Counted from the first letter of the stretch, positions 38,785 through 46,876 are shown. The stretch: DNA of 64,000 bases from Candidatus Omnitrophota bacterium (GCA_021735445.1 JAIPHA010000002.1:14770-78769); one strand, 5' to 3'. Made by a program: numbers and translations. Notes: generated by a model not told the origin, from the letters alone.

Positions 38785-40125
38785 TTATTTTTTTACAGCT
38801 TCTTGAGCAGCCAAAACTACCGGATATTTTGTCGGTGAACTAGTAAGATAAGGATGCGTTGCCATCTGTAGAGTTTCCAGCTCTGTTGCTGACATTCTTT
38901 TTTGAATTGCCACTCCGACTAAATTTATAAGTTGAGCACAAGCCATGCCACAACTAACTTGGCCTCCTAAAATAATTCCAGATTGCTTAGAAAAAACTAA
39001 TTTTACTCTACTTTTTTGTGCTCCGGGTAAAGTTCCCGGATGTTTATCTACCCCTTGAACCTCTCCGGTTATAATTTCAAAACCTTCTTCCTTAGCATTT
39101 TTCTCCGTTAATCCGGCTGAGCTTAAAACTAATCCGTCAATATAGGTGGAATAAACCGCAATTGTCCCTTTATTTTCCCTGACTACCTTAATCTTATATA
39201 AATTAGCTCCCGCTACTCTTGCCTCGGCGGTAGCAGTGGAAGCAAGCATAACCGGAACCGTTTTACGAGTAAAAAAATCTCTTTTACAGGAACAATCTCC
39301 AACCGCAAATATATCAGGGTTTGAAGTCCGCATGTATTCATCTACTGCTATACCACCCCTTGGGTCTAAATTTAAATTGGCAGTTTTAGCTATCTTTATA
39401 TTTGGCCTAGCACCTATCCCTAATACAACTCCTTCTGCCTGAACTATTCTTCCGTCAGAAAGTTTAACTTCTTTGACGTTTTTATCTCCTATTATCTTCT
39501 CAACTCGAGCTCCAGTTATAATGTTTACTCCTTTCTTTTTTAGTTTATCTTCGGCCAACTGAGAAAATTCTTGATCAAAAGAATTTAATAAAAGATGGGG
39601 TAACATTTCAACTAAGCTTACATCTATCCCATCAATATTAGAAATTTCATCTGCAAACTCAACTCCAATAAATCCTCCACCAATAACTAAAACCTTTTTT
39701 TTCTTCTTTATTTGAGCTATAGCTTCTTTTAAGTAACCCATATCTTTATAAATAGGAAATACCCCTTCTTTATCTATTCCCTCAATCGAAGGAACTATCG
39801 GATCTGAACCTATAGCAAAAATTAATTTCTGATAACCATACTCCTTGCTGTCTTTAGTTTTTACTTTTTTTTCTTCTGAATCAATCGATATTACCTCATC
39901 GATAAAAACCTCAACTCCTTTTTTCTCCAAAGCATCAGTTTTAAGTTTATTATCAGAAGGATCCTTTAAGCTAGAAAACATATAAGGGATACCGCAAGGA
40001 ATGCACCCTGCTTTAATGCTTTTAATAATAGCTATGCTTTTGTTAGGATAATATTTTTTAGCAGTTGTTGCTGCGACCATTCCAGCTGGACCGGCTCCAA
40101 TTATTAAAATATCAACTTTTTTCAT
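38785..40125 (-). CDS. FAD-dependent pyridine nucleotide-disulfide oxidoreductase (CoA-disulfide reductase / NADH oxidase-like)
   Basis: GAGPAG and GGGFIG dinucleotide folds. Redox Cys region GCIPCGIPY. Start moved to ATG 40125 behind AAAGGAGAG. Confidence 0.8.
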   Translation of the reverse strand: MKKVDILIIGAGPAGMVAATTAKKYYPNKSIAIIKSIKAGCIPCGIPYMFSSLKDPSDNKLKTDALEKKGVEVFIDEVISIDSEEKKVKTKDSKEYGYQKLIFAIGSDPIVPSIEGIDKEGVFPIYKDMGYLKEAIAQIKKKKKVLVIGGGFIGVEFADEISNIDGIDVSLVEMLPHLLLNSFDQEFSQLAEDKLKKKGVNIITGARVEKIIGDKNVKEVKLSDGRIVQAEGVVLGIGARPNIKIAKTANLNLDPRGGIAVDEYMRTSNPDIFAVGDCSCKRDFFTRKTVPVMLASTATAEARVAGANLYKIKVVRENKGTIAVYSTYIDGLVLSSAGLTEKNAKEEGFEIITGEVQGVDKHPGTLPGAQKSRVKLVFSKQSGIILGGQVSCGMACAQLINLVGVAIQKRMSATELETLQMATHPYLTSSPTKYPVVLAAQEAVKK

Positions 40126-40963
40126 TATCTCTCCTTTTCTTTTTTTTAATTTTTTCAAATAAGTTTATAAATTTCTCTTTATATTTAGGCTGAGCTTCAA
40201 TTATCAATTCTCCCGCAGAATAACTCGCGGCGATTTTTTTATCAAAAGGAATTTCTAAAAGTATCTCTATATTCTCCTTGTCACAATAATCTAGAGTCTT
40301 TTTATCGCCAAGATTAGACCGGTTTATAACTACCCCAAATGGTATTTTTAATTTACGAAAAGTTTCAACTGCAAGTTTTAAGTCATTGAGGCCAAATGGG
40401 GTTGGCTCTGTAACTAAAATCACAAAGTCACTCCCCTCTGCTGACTCAATCACCGGACAAGATGTCCCCGGCGGAGCATCAATTATCGTAACATCTTCTG
40501 GATTTATCTGTTTTTTAATTTCCCTGATTATAGGAGGAGCCATGGCTTGTCCGATATCTAACTTACCATCAATAAATTCTAACTTTTCTCGCTTCCCTAT
40601 TTCAATTATTCCGATTTTCTTATTAACTTCAGCTATTGCAGCTTCAGGGCATAGATAACTGCAAGCGCCGCAACCATGGCAAAGATCATCAAATGCCAGC
40701 ACTTTATCTTTTACCACCGCTATAGCATTATAGGCACAAACTTCCTGGCAGCGTCCGCAAAGAGTGCATTTTTCTGGATTAATTTTGGGGACTGGAATAT
40801 AAACCGGATAAGTCTTTTCTATTTTGGGTTTAATAAATAAATAAGAGTTAGGTTCTTCTACGTCACAATCTAATAACTTAACCTTCCCCAAAGACAAAGC
40901 TAAATTGGTTGCTATTGTAGTTTTACCGGTACCGCCTTTTCCGCTTGCTACTGCTATTATCAT
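40112..40963 (-). CDS. MinD/ParA-superfamily P-loop ATPase with inserted 2x[4Fe-4S] ferredoxin domain (COG1149 type), second copy
   Basis: SGKGGTGKTT. CTLCGRCQEVC and CHGCGACSYLCP. IIDAPPG. Confidence 0.8.
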   Translation of the reverse strand: MIIAVASGKGGTGKTTIATNLALSLGKVKLLDCDVEEPNSYLFIKPKIEKTYPVYIPVPKINPEKCTLCGRCQEVCAYNAIAVVKDKVLAFDDLCHGCGACSYLCPEAAIAEVNKKIGIIEIGKREKLEFIDGKLDIGQAMAPPIIREIKKQINPEDVTIIDAPPGTSCPVIESAEGSDFVILVTEPTPFGLNDLKLAVETFRKLKIPFGVVINRSNLGDKKTLDYCDKENIEILLEIPFDKKIAASYSAGELIIEAQPKYKEKFINLFEKIKKKKRRDNEKS

Positions 40964-40966
40964 ATT

Positions 40967-41578
40967 TTAAATAATTTGATGGTAGGCTATTAATATTTTT
41001 TGAAATTTATCCCGATATCTTTCTATTATAAAGTCCTTATCTCTAAAATAGTCCTCTATTTTCGCAAAATTTACCTTTTCTCTTCTGTGCCTTCTGCCTT
41101 GTTGGGAATGAATTTTATCTATTACTTCTAAGCCTTCTTTTGTAAAATCAGCTAACACAATTTTCCCTTCAAAGCTTAAAACTCTGGTGAATTCATTTAA
41201 TATTTTAGAGAACCTGTCTAGATGATGAATCATATTTACAGAAATTACTAAATCAAAGCTCTTATCAGAAAAACTTAAATTCTCTCCATTGGCTATTTTA
41301 AAATCAACTTGGCTGTCAAGGCCTAAATGTTTTAGATTAAGATAGCCGATTTTTTGTTGTTCTTTAGAAGCATCTACACTGGTAAACCTATAGCCTTCTT
41401 TAGCTAAAGCGAGAGTAAAACTTCCTTTACCTGTACCTACTTCTAATATATCTCCATATAAAGGTTTGGCATTATCTAAAACAAAATTTCTTTCAGCTTC
41501 TATATCATAACCAAACTCACGGTAAAATTTAATTTTTTGCAGATATTCTTGATGAGCTTGCTTAGCTAAATTATCCAT
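40967..41578 (-). CDS. Class I SAM-dependent methyltransferase
   Basis: Motif I ILEVGTGKGSF, 203 aa. Confidence 0.75.
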   Translation of the reverse strand: MDNLAKQAHQEYLQKIKFYREFGYDIEAERNFVLDNAKPLYGDILEVGTGKGSFTLALAKEGYRFTSVDASKEQQKIGYLNLKHLGLDSQVDFKIANGENLSFSDKSFDLVISVNMIHHLDRFSKILNEFTRVLSFEGKIVLADFTKEGLEVIDKIHSQQGRRHRREKVNFAKIEDYFRDKDFIIERYRDKFQKILIAYHQII

Positions 41579-41582
41579 TCTT

Positions 41583-41795
41583 TTAACCTCTCACCAAAAT
41601 TCCACCACATTTAGGGCATTTCATCTCGGCACAAGGAGTTCCCGCTTTATGCGGCACACTTAGTTTACAAGCCGGGCACAGACAAAGCCCGCCCGGGCCT
41701 GCACCGGGACGTCCACCTCTACCGCGGCCACCACCTTGGCCTCTACCGCCAATCGGCCCTTGCCCCATTGGTCCTGTTCCATTTCCTCTTGGCAT
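41583..41795 (-). CDS. DUF5320-like Gly/Arg-rich protein with C-terminal zinc-ribbon
   Basis: MPRGNGTGPMGQGPIGGRGQGGGRGRGG then CLCPAC..CAEMKCPKCG. N-terminal motif shared with the ORF at 42629-43000. Confidence 0.7.
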   Translation of the reverse strand: MPRGNGTGPMGQGPIGGRGQGGGRGRGGRPGAGPGGLCLCPACKLSVPHKAGTPCAEMKCPKCGGILVRG

Positions 41796-41806
41796 AATCT
41801 ACCTCC

Positions 41807-42172
41807 CTAATTCATCCCAAATTTAGAATCAACACTGGGTCCATTACCTGGTTTAAATTTACCTTGCTTATAAGCTTCAACAGCCTCTTTAACTGTGCCA
41901 GACACACCAGATACAATTTCAATTCCGGCAGCTTCCAGTGTTTTAAAAGCGTTAGGGCCTACATTGCCTGTCAAGACCGCCTTTACTCCCTTTTCTGAAA
42001 TTAATTGCCCGGATTGAACCCCAACACCGCCCATTCCGCCTACATTAGGATTCTTAACTGCCTCTAAAGCATTACTTTCAGTATCCAGAATTAAAAAATA
42101 TTGTGCTCTGCCAAAACGGGGATCTATTTTTGAATCTAGGTTATCTCCTTCTGCTGTGATACAAATTTTCAT
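41807..42172 (-). CDS. NifX/NifB C-terminal-like (dinitrogenase FeMo-cofactor-binding fold) protein
   Basis: MKICITAEG..DPRFGRAQYFLI..GVKAVLTGNVGPNAF..AGI pattern. Start moved to ATG 42172 behind AAGGAGGAG. Confidence 0.8.
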   Translation of the reverse strand: MKICITAEGDNLDSKIDPRFGRAQYFLILDTESNALEAVKNPNVGGMGGVGVQSGQLISEKGVKAVLTGNVGPNAFKTLEAAGIEIVSGVSGTVKEAVEAYKQGKFKPGNGPSVDSKFGMN

Positions 42173-42173
42173 A

Positions 42174-42569
42174 TTACTCCTCCTTTTCTTCCGGATGACT
42201 ACATTCTGTTTTATCAACTCCATAACCTTTGCCGTCTCCTGGCTTACAAAGACTCTCTCCTCCTTCCAACCTATTTTCGGCTAACTTAGTAATTACTTCG
42301 TCAATTTTTCCGCCTACACCTACAATTACCTGAATTCCACTTTGAGAAAACAACCCTAAAGCTCGTTGCCCCATTCCTCCCGCAATAATTACGCTGGCTC
42401 CTTCTTTTTTTAAAAATTCAGGTAAATAACCCGGATGATGGCCCGGATTAGATATCTCTTCTTTACTCAAAACTTTTCCATCTTCAAACTCAACTAAGGT
42501 AAAAGTTGGGCATCTGCCAAAATGCTCTGAAACATTTCCAGAATCTGTTGAAATTGCTACCTTCATCAA
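42174..42569 (-). CDS. NifX/NifB C-terminal-like protein, second copy
   Basis: MKVAISTD..HFGRCPTFTLVE..GASVIIAGGMGQRA..GI pattern; stop 1 nt before the next start. Confidence 0.8.
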   Translation of the reverse strand: MMKVAISTDSGNVSEHFGRCPTFTLVEFEDGKVLSKEEISNPGHHPGYLPEFLKKEGASVIIAGGMGQRALGLFSQSGIQVIVGVGGKIDEVITKLAENRLEGGESLCKPGDGKGYGVDKTECSHPEEKEE

Positions 42570-42597
42570 TATTCCTCCTTATTTTATAGATAAATAC

Positions 42598-42618
42598 ATC
42601 CCGCTTAAAAAGCGGGAT
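42598..42618 (-). terminator. Stem-loop directly after the coiled-coil DUF5320-like gene (possible attenuating terminator)
   Basis: ATCCCGCTT-TTT-AAGCGGGAT on the minus strand: 9-bp GC-rich stem, 10 nt after the stop codon, followed by GTATTTATCTAT (only a weak U-tract). Confidence 0.45.
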
Positions 42619-42628
42619 TAATAACTAG

Positions 42629-43000
42629 CTATTTCTTCTTCTCTTGCAATTCAAGATCTTTTATCCGTTGATTAATCGCCTCTAACTCACCTTTTAGACC
42701 CTGAGCTTCTTCTTTTAAATATTCTGCTTCTTCTTTTGCTGTTGGTGCTGGTCCATAAGAAGCCTGATAAGATTGGCCATAATAAGGGGCTTGAGGCACA
42801 TAAGCTGCACCGCGAAAACCATAGCCTCTACCATAACCACGGCCAAAGCCTCGTCCTCTACCTCGGCCAAGGCCTCTACCGTATCCATAACCTGCTGCCG
42901 GATTTGCATACCCAGGTGTGTTATAACCTGCACAATAACCTGCTGCTCTTCCTGTCATCGGCCCTAAACCGGCTGGTCCTGTTCCATTTCCTGCTGGCAT
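42629..43000 (-). CDS. DUF5320-like Gly/Arg/Tyr-rich protein with C-terminal coiled coil
   Basis: MPAGNGTGPAGLGPMTGRAAGYCAG..GRGLGRGRGRGFGRGYGRGYG..EEAEYLKEEAQGLKGELEAINQRIKDLE. ATG 43000 sits 8 nt after AGGAGG. Confidence 0.75.
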   Translation of the reverse strand: MPAGNGTGPAGLGPMTGRAAGYCAGYNTPGYANPAAGYGYGRGLGRGRGRGFGRGYGRGYGFRGAAYVPQAPYYGQSYQASYGPAPTAKEEAEYLKEEAQGLKGELEAINQRIKDLELQEKKK

Positions 43001-43022
43001 ACCAACCACCTCCTTTTGCTAT

Positions 43023-43037
43023 TGAAAATCATTTTCA
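43023..43037 (-). promoter_or_regulatory. Fur-family 7-1-7 operator between fur and the first DUF5320-like gene
   Basis: TGAAAATCATTTTCA is a perfect 7-1-7 inverted repeat, one substitution per half from the classical TGATAAT-N-ATTATCA. It sits 23-37 nt upstream of ATG 43000. Confidence 0.6.
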
Positions 43038-43061
43038 TAAACATTGAAAAAAAATTATCCT

Positions 43062-43520
43062 TTATTTTTTACAATTGGGGCAAATTCCGTAAAATTGTAT
43101 TTGATGATTGTTGATTTCAAAATTATATTTAGTAGCCAGTTTATTTTCAGTCTTTTCTATCAGTTCTTTTTCTTGATTTACAAAATCTGTATAATTTATA
43201 ACTTTTCCGCAGCTTGTACAAATCAAATGATGATGATGATTTTCCTCATCTTCAGAATTAGCAGCCAACTCATAACGGGCCCGTCCATCACCAAAATCAA
43301 ATTTTGACACTACCCCCATATTCACAAGCAATTCTAAAGTCCTGTACACAGTAGTCAATCCTATCGCAGGATAAATTTTTTTAACTTTAAAATAAATGTC
43401 TTCGGCGCTTAGGTGTTCTGACGATTTGCTTAAAAGTTCTAAAATTGCCTGTCGAGGAACGGTTAACCGGCAACCTCTTCCCCTTAATCTTCTTTTCCAC
43501 CAACCTCTCTGCCTGGGCAC
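43062..43520 (-). CDS. Fur family transcriptional regulator
   Basis: wHTH (..HLSAEDIY..TVYRTLE..), HHHHLICTSCGK and CPNCKK metal sites. GTG start 5 nt after GGAGG; Arg-rich N-terminal extension. Confidence 0.88.
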   Translation of the reverse strand: MPRQRGWWKRRLRGRGCRLTVPRQAILELLSKSSEHLSAEDIYFKVKKIYPAIGLTTVYRTLELLVNMGVVSKFDFGDGRARYELAANSEDEENHHHHLICTSCGKVINYTDFVNQEKELIEKTENKLATKYNFEINNHQIQFYGICPNCKK

Positions 43521-43538
43521 TTTATCCTCCTTTATTAT

Positions 43539-43587
43539 TGATAATGGTTTCCATTTTCAATATACAATATTTTTTCCCTTTTGTCAA
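43539..43587 (-). promoter_or_regulatory. fur promoter with overlapping Fur-type half-sites
   Basis: On the minus strand: TTGACA (43587-43582), 17-nt spacer, TATATT (43564-43559). This is followed immediately by TGAAAAT-GGAAACC-ATTATCA (43559-43539), i.e. the same half-sites as the 43023 box but spaced by 7 nt, with an inner AATGG-AAA-CCATT palindrome. A leader of ~38 nt ends in GGAGG-5nt-GTG. Confidence 0.55.
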
Positions 43588-43625
43588 GGCCCTAACCTTC
43601 TTTCCCCCATCCCCCCACTCCAAAT

Positions 43626-43642
43626 TCCACCTACGAGGTGGA
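43626..43642. repeat. CCACCT-NNN-AGGTGG hairpin family member (after TonB receptor gene, distal)
   Basis: TCCACCT-ACG-AGGTGGA, perfect 7-bp stem. Confidence 0.7.
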
Positions 43643-43676
43643 CATAAATAAGCTAAGCCAGCATTGAACAATTCCC

Positions 43677-43694
43677 TTCCACCTACGAGGTGGA
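43677..43694. repeat. CCACCT-NNN-AGGTGG hairpin family member (after TonB receptor gene, proximal)
   Basis: TTCCACCT-ACG-AGGTGGAA, perfect 8-bp stem, extendable by CCC/GGG with a bulge. Identical core to 43626-43642. Confidence 0.7.
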
Positions 43695-43703
43695 ATGGGG
43701 AGA

Positions 43704-45446
43704 TTAGAAATTATAGGTAAGAGATGCTCTGTACCAGCGGCTGGTTCCTTCAATGTCGATTTTTTCTTGATAATCTTGATTAAAAATGTTTATCCCCTCT
43801 AGGCTTAGTTTAAAATTGGAAAATTGTTTTGATAATTTTAAATCAACAGTAGTGTATTTATCTCTAGAGATTGGTTTTGAAAAATTGATAATTAAATTGG
43901 AATTAATTCCAAAAAAATCAAAGCAAAAATTAGCAATGATTTTATGCCGATTATAATCAAAAACATACTTAGATAAATTAAAATTATTATCTTTATCCAA
44001 ATCAAGATAAGTATATCCTATCCCAAAATTTTTAAAAAACCTATTTTCAAGTTTTAGTTCCCCGTAAAAATCAAATCCTCTTGCCTCCAGACTACCGATA
44101 TTTTTTGCTTCCCAAGGATCAGCCGATTGATCCTTTACCCAATCGATAGTATTTAATTGTTTTCTTAAAAAAAGATCAAACGAAAGTTTTATCGCTTTAA
44201 TGGGAGTATGCTTTAGGCCAATCTGATAATTATCTGAATCCTGGACATCAAGCGATGAGTTGCCAACATTTGAAGGAGAATTATAATAAAGTTCTGTAAA
44301 TGAAGGCACTCGCCAGAGACGATTATAAGAAAAATCAATTAATAAATTTTGGCTCAGCCTATACCTCAGGTTTAAATTAATATTTTTCAGATAACCCCAT
44401 GGTTTATAATAATCAAAACCGGCAGAACCTTGATAAATAAACTTTCCGAATTCTTTCTCTTTTAATCCAATAGAAAAGCCTTTACTTATCCGGCTATGAT
44501 CACCGAGATTAGTGCTAGTTATTTTTTCTTTACGTAAATTTAGATTTAAAAATAGATCGTTCTTAAAGACTACTTCATTTTTTGCGCCATAAATATATGT
44601 TGTGTGGAAATTAGTATAAAACGACGGCTCATGCCTTTTTAAAATAAATTCATCAGTATGCCGGCGCAAATAAGCCGTGCTTTTGATATCAAATAATTCT
44701 TTTTTTAATGTAGCCCGCGCCAGAAAAAACCTTTGAGTTATATGTTCTTCTTCTTGAGGAAAACTTTTTGCATAAAAACTATTAGCGCCAAAATCTCTTT
44801 TAGTTGAACCAAAAATGAATTCAGCCTCCTTATTATAATTTTTCCATAGAGAATGCCAGGAAAAATTGTATATTTCAAAATCAGTATCTGGCCTGGCTCC
44901 TGATGAGATTTTATGTTCAACTGATACCCTATTTTTTATTTTCCCTAAACTAAAATTTGTAGACAATAAATTTTCCCAAAGAGCATGTTGGCCAAAAGAA
45001 CTAGCAATTAAAGTACCTTTTTCTTTCGGTTGCTTTAATTGATAATTTAATTGTTGTTTATTTTTATTAATTCCTATCTGTTCAATATCTATTGCCGAAA
45101 AAGGTATTTCGAGACTAAAATGGCCAGTTTGAGGGTCATTTATTTTTATACCTTCTATTTGGACGCTATTATCTTCGAAAATTGATCCTCGGATGGATAA
45201 GTCTTGTTGAATGCCAAAAGGAGCTCTCTTTTTTAACTCAATGGCAGAAAAAAAACCTGGTATTTCTTCAGGGGAAAAAACGGGGAGATTGGTTATTTGG
45301 TTTTTCCGGAAATAATGGCTGTTTCTATCAAATAAAAAATTATATTTTTTAATAATTATAGGTTCTAGTTCAATGTTGCCGGAAAAACTCTCAGTACAAT
45401 AAAGAAATAATATAAATATTATAATTATATTTATAATACATTTCAT
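43704..45446 (-). CDS. TonB-dependent outer-membrane receptor (small, ~580 aa)
   Basis: Signal-like MKCIINIIIIFILFLYC, plug-like DLSIRGS..VQIEGIKINDPQTGH, beta-barrel-like alternating pattern, terminal ..SLTYNF. Start moved to ATG 45446. Confidence 0.75.
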   Translation of the reverse strand: MKCIINIIIIFILFLYCTESFSGNIELEPIIIKKYNFLFDRNSHYFRKNQITNLPVFSPEEIPGFFSAIELKKRAPFGIQQDLSIRGSIFEDNSVQIEGIKINDPQTGHFSLEIPFSAIDIEQIGINKNKQQLNYQLKQPKEKGTLIASSFGQHALWENLLSTNFSLGKIKNRVSVEHKISSGARPDTDFEIYNFSWHSLWKNYNKEAEFIFGSTKRDFGANSFYAKSFPQEEEHITQRFFLARATLKKELFDIKSTAYLRRHTDEFILKRHEPSFYTNFHTTYIYGAKNEVVFKNDLFLNLNLRKEKITSTNLGDHSRISKGFSIGLKEKEFGKFIYQGSAGFDYYKPWGYLKNINLNLRYRLSQNLLIDFSYNRLWRVPSFTELYYNSPSNVGNSSLDVQDSDNYQIGLKHTPIKAIKLSFDLFLRKQLNTIDWVKDQSADPWEAKNIGSLEARGFDFYGELKLENRFFKNFGIGYTYLDLDKDNNFNLSKYVFDYNRHKIIANFCFDFFGINSNLIINFSKPISRDKYTTVDLKLSKQFSNFKLSLEGINIFNQDYQEKIDIEGTSRWYRASLTYNF

Positions 45447-45527
45447 TTTAAAAAATACCGTTATGTTTACGAAATAAAAAAAGTTTATCAGGCAGGAAGG
45501 ATAAGTCAACTAAAAATAATTATTGGT

Positions 45528-46496
45528 TTACATTACTTTAGTTACATCTCCACTTGATATTTTTTCGGTAAGCCCATTATCTCTGCGAACCAGCAAATAT
45601 CCTTCTTGATCAATCCCGGCAGCTTCACCTTCAATTACTTTGTCGAAAACTTTTACCCTCAAGCGGTTGCCCCATAAAAAACAATGCTCTTGCCACTGTT
45701 CTAGCAACTCTTTACTTTTACCCGCTTCCAGTTCTAGGTAGCGTTGTTCTATCTTTCCAATAATTTTTTTAGTAATTGCCACTAAAGATACTTTATTTTT
45801 TCTTTCTAAAAAAAGAGAAGTTGCTTCTTCGGGTAAATTCTTAGTATTAATATTTATCCCTAAACCTATAGCTACAAAGTTAATCTTGTCCGCCTCGGCA
45901 TTGATTTGACAAAGAATGCCGCCTAATTTTTTCTTATTTAAAAAAATATCATTGGGCCATTTTACACTCAATCTAATCCCAGTCTCTTGCTCAATAGCTT
46001 GAATGCAAGCAAGAGCTATAACCAGAGCGATTTGGGAAATATCTTTTAGCAATATTTTTTTTGGCCTAAGCAAGCAAGATAAATACAAGCCACCTTTTGG
46101 CGAAACCCACTCTCGGCCGATCCTGCCTTTGCCTTTTTTTTGTTTTCCAGCTAAGACCACAGTACCTTCTGGAGCTCCTGCTTGGCCTAATTGCCAAATA
46201 AAATCCTGAGTAGAATCTATTTTTTCTTTAAAGTAAACATTGTGGCCGGTAAATTTTGTGCCTAATTTATATCTTATTTCCCAAGGATAAGGCTTATCGG
46301 GAGAATATTTTAGTTTATAGCCCCGGCGGGGGATTGCTTCTATCTTGTAGCCGCAATCATTTAAATTTTTTATATGTTTCCAGAAAGCCTGGCGGGAAAT
46401 TTTAAGCTTGTTAGCAATGTTTTGGCCAGATAAATAATTATTCGTTTCTTTTAATTCTTTAAATATTTTAAAATCTAGATCTTTTGATTTTTGCAT
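45528..46496 (-). CDS. birA: Bifunctional biotin-[acetyl-CoA-carboxylase] ligase / biotin operon repressor
   Basis: N-terminal HTH (ISRQAFWKHIKNL), GKGRIGREW biotin-binding loop, 322 aa. Confidence 0.88.
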   Translation of the reverse strand: MQKSKDLDFKIFKELKETNNYLSGQNIANKLKISRQAFWKHIKNLNDCGYKIEAIPRRGYKLKYSPDKPYPWEIRYKLGTKFTGHNVYFKEKIDSTQDFIWQLGQAGAPEGTVVLAGKQKKGKGRIGREWVSPKGGLYLSCLLRPKKILLKDISQIALVIALACIQAIEQETGIRLSVKWPNDIFLNKKKLGGILCQINAEADKINFVAIGLGININTKNLPEEATSLFLERKNKVSLVAITKKIIGKIEQRYLELEAGKSKELLEQWQEHCFLWGNRLRVKVFDKVIEGEAAGIDQEGYLLVRRDNGLTEKISSGDVTKVM

Positions 46497-46513
46497 CTAA
46501 ATATTTTAATTTA

Positions 46514-46876
46514 TTATTTATACATAACTAAAAGCATTTTAGCTTTTGAATTTGCAATAAGAGAATGCGGGGCATGGGCAGGCATAATTATTGTCTGATT
46601 ATCTTTTACTTGAAAAACTTCTCCAGAAATAGTTATAGCCATATTGCCTTCAACAATATTTACAAAAGCATTAAAACTAGTTGTATGCTCACTTAAAGAC
46701 TGGCCATTGTCAAAAGCAAATAATGTAATTTTTGTATTATTAGTATCAACTATTACTCGACTCACTATAGAGTCAGTTTGATATTTTATTAAATTCTTAA
46801 ATTGAAAAATATTGGATTTTAAGTCAGAAGGCACTTTTTTTCTCATAATTAAATTCTTATTTAATTTTTTTAGCAA
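46514..46876 (-). CDS. Cupin domain protein
   Basis: G..SLSEH..VNIVEG......G......MPAHAPHSL two-motif cupin signature. Confidence 0.65.
   Translation of the reverse strand: MLKKLNKNLIMRKKVPSDLKSNIFQFKNLIKYQTDSIVSRVIVDTNNTKITLFAFDNGQSLSEHTTSFNAFVNIVEGNMAITISGEVFQVKDNQTIIMPAHAPHSLIANSKAKMLLVMYK

Noticed and set aside
42715-43047. Three additional ORFs (42715-42933 minus, 42736-43047 plus, 42773-42967 plus) overlapping the Gly/Arg-rich gene
   Set aside because: They occupy alternative frames of a GC-rich, codon-repetitive region (GGx/CGx repeats stay open in several frames). They have no start context, whereas the 42629-43000 frame has AGGAGG-8nt-ATG and a paralogue with the same N-terminal motif.
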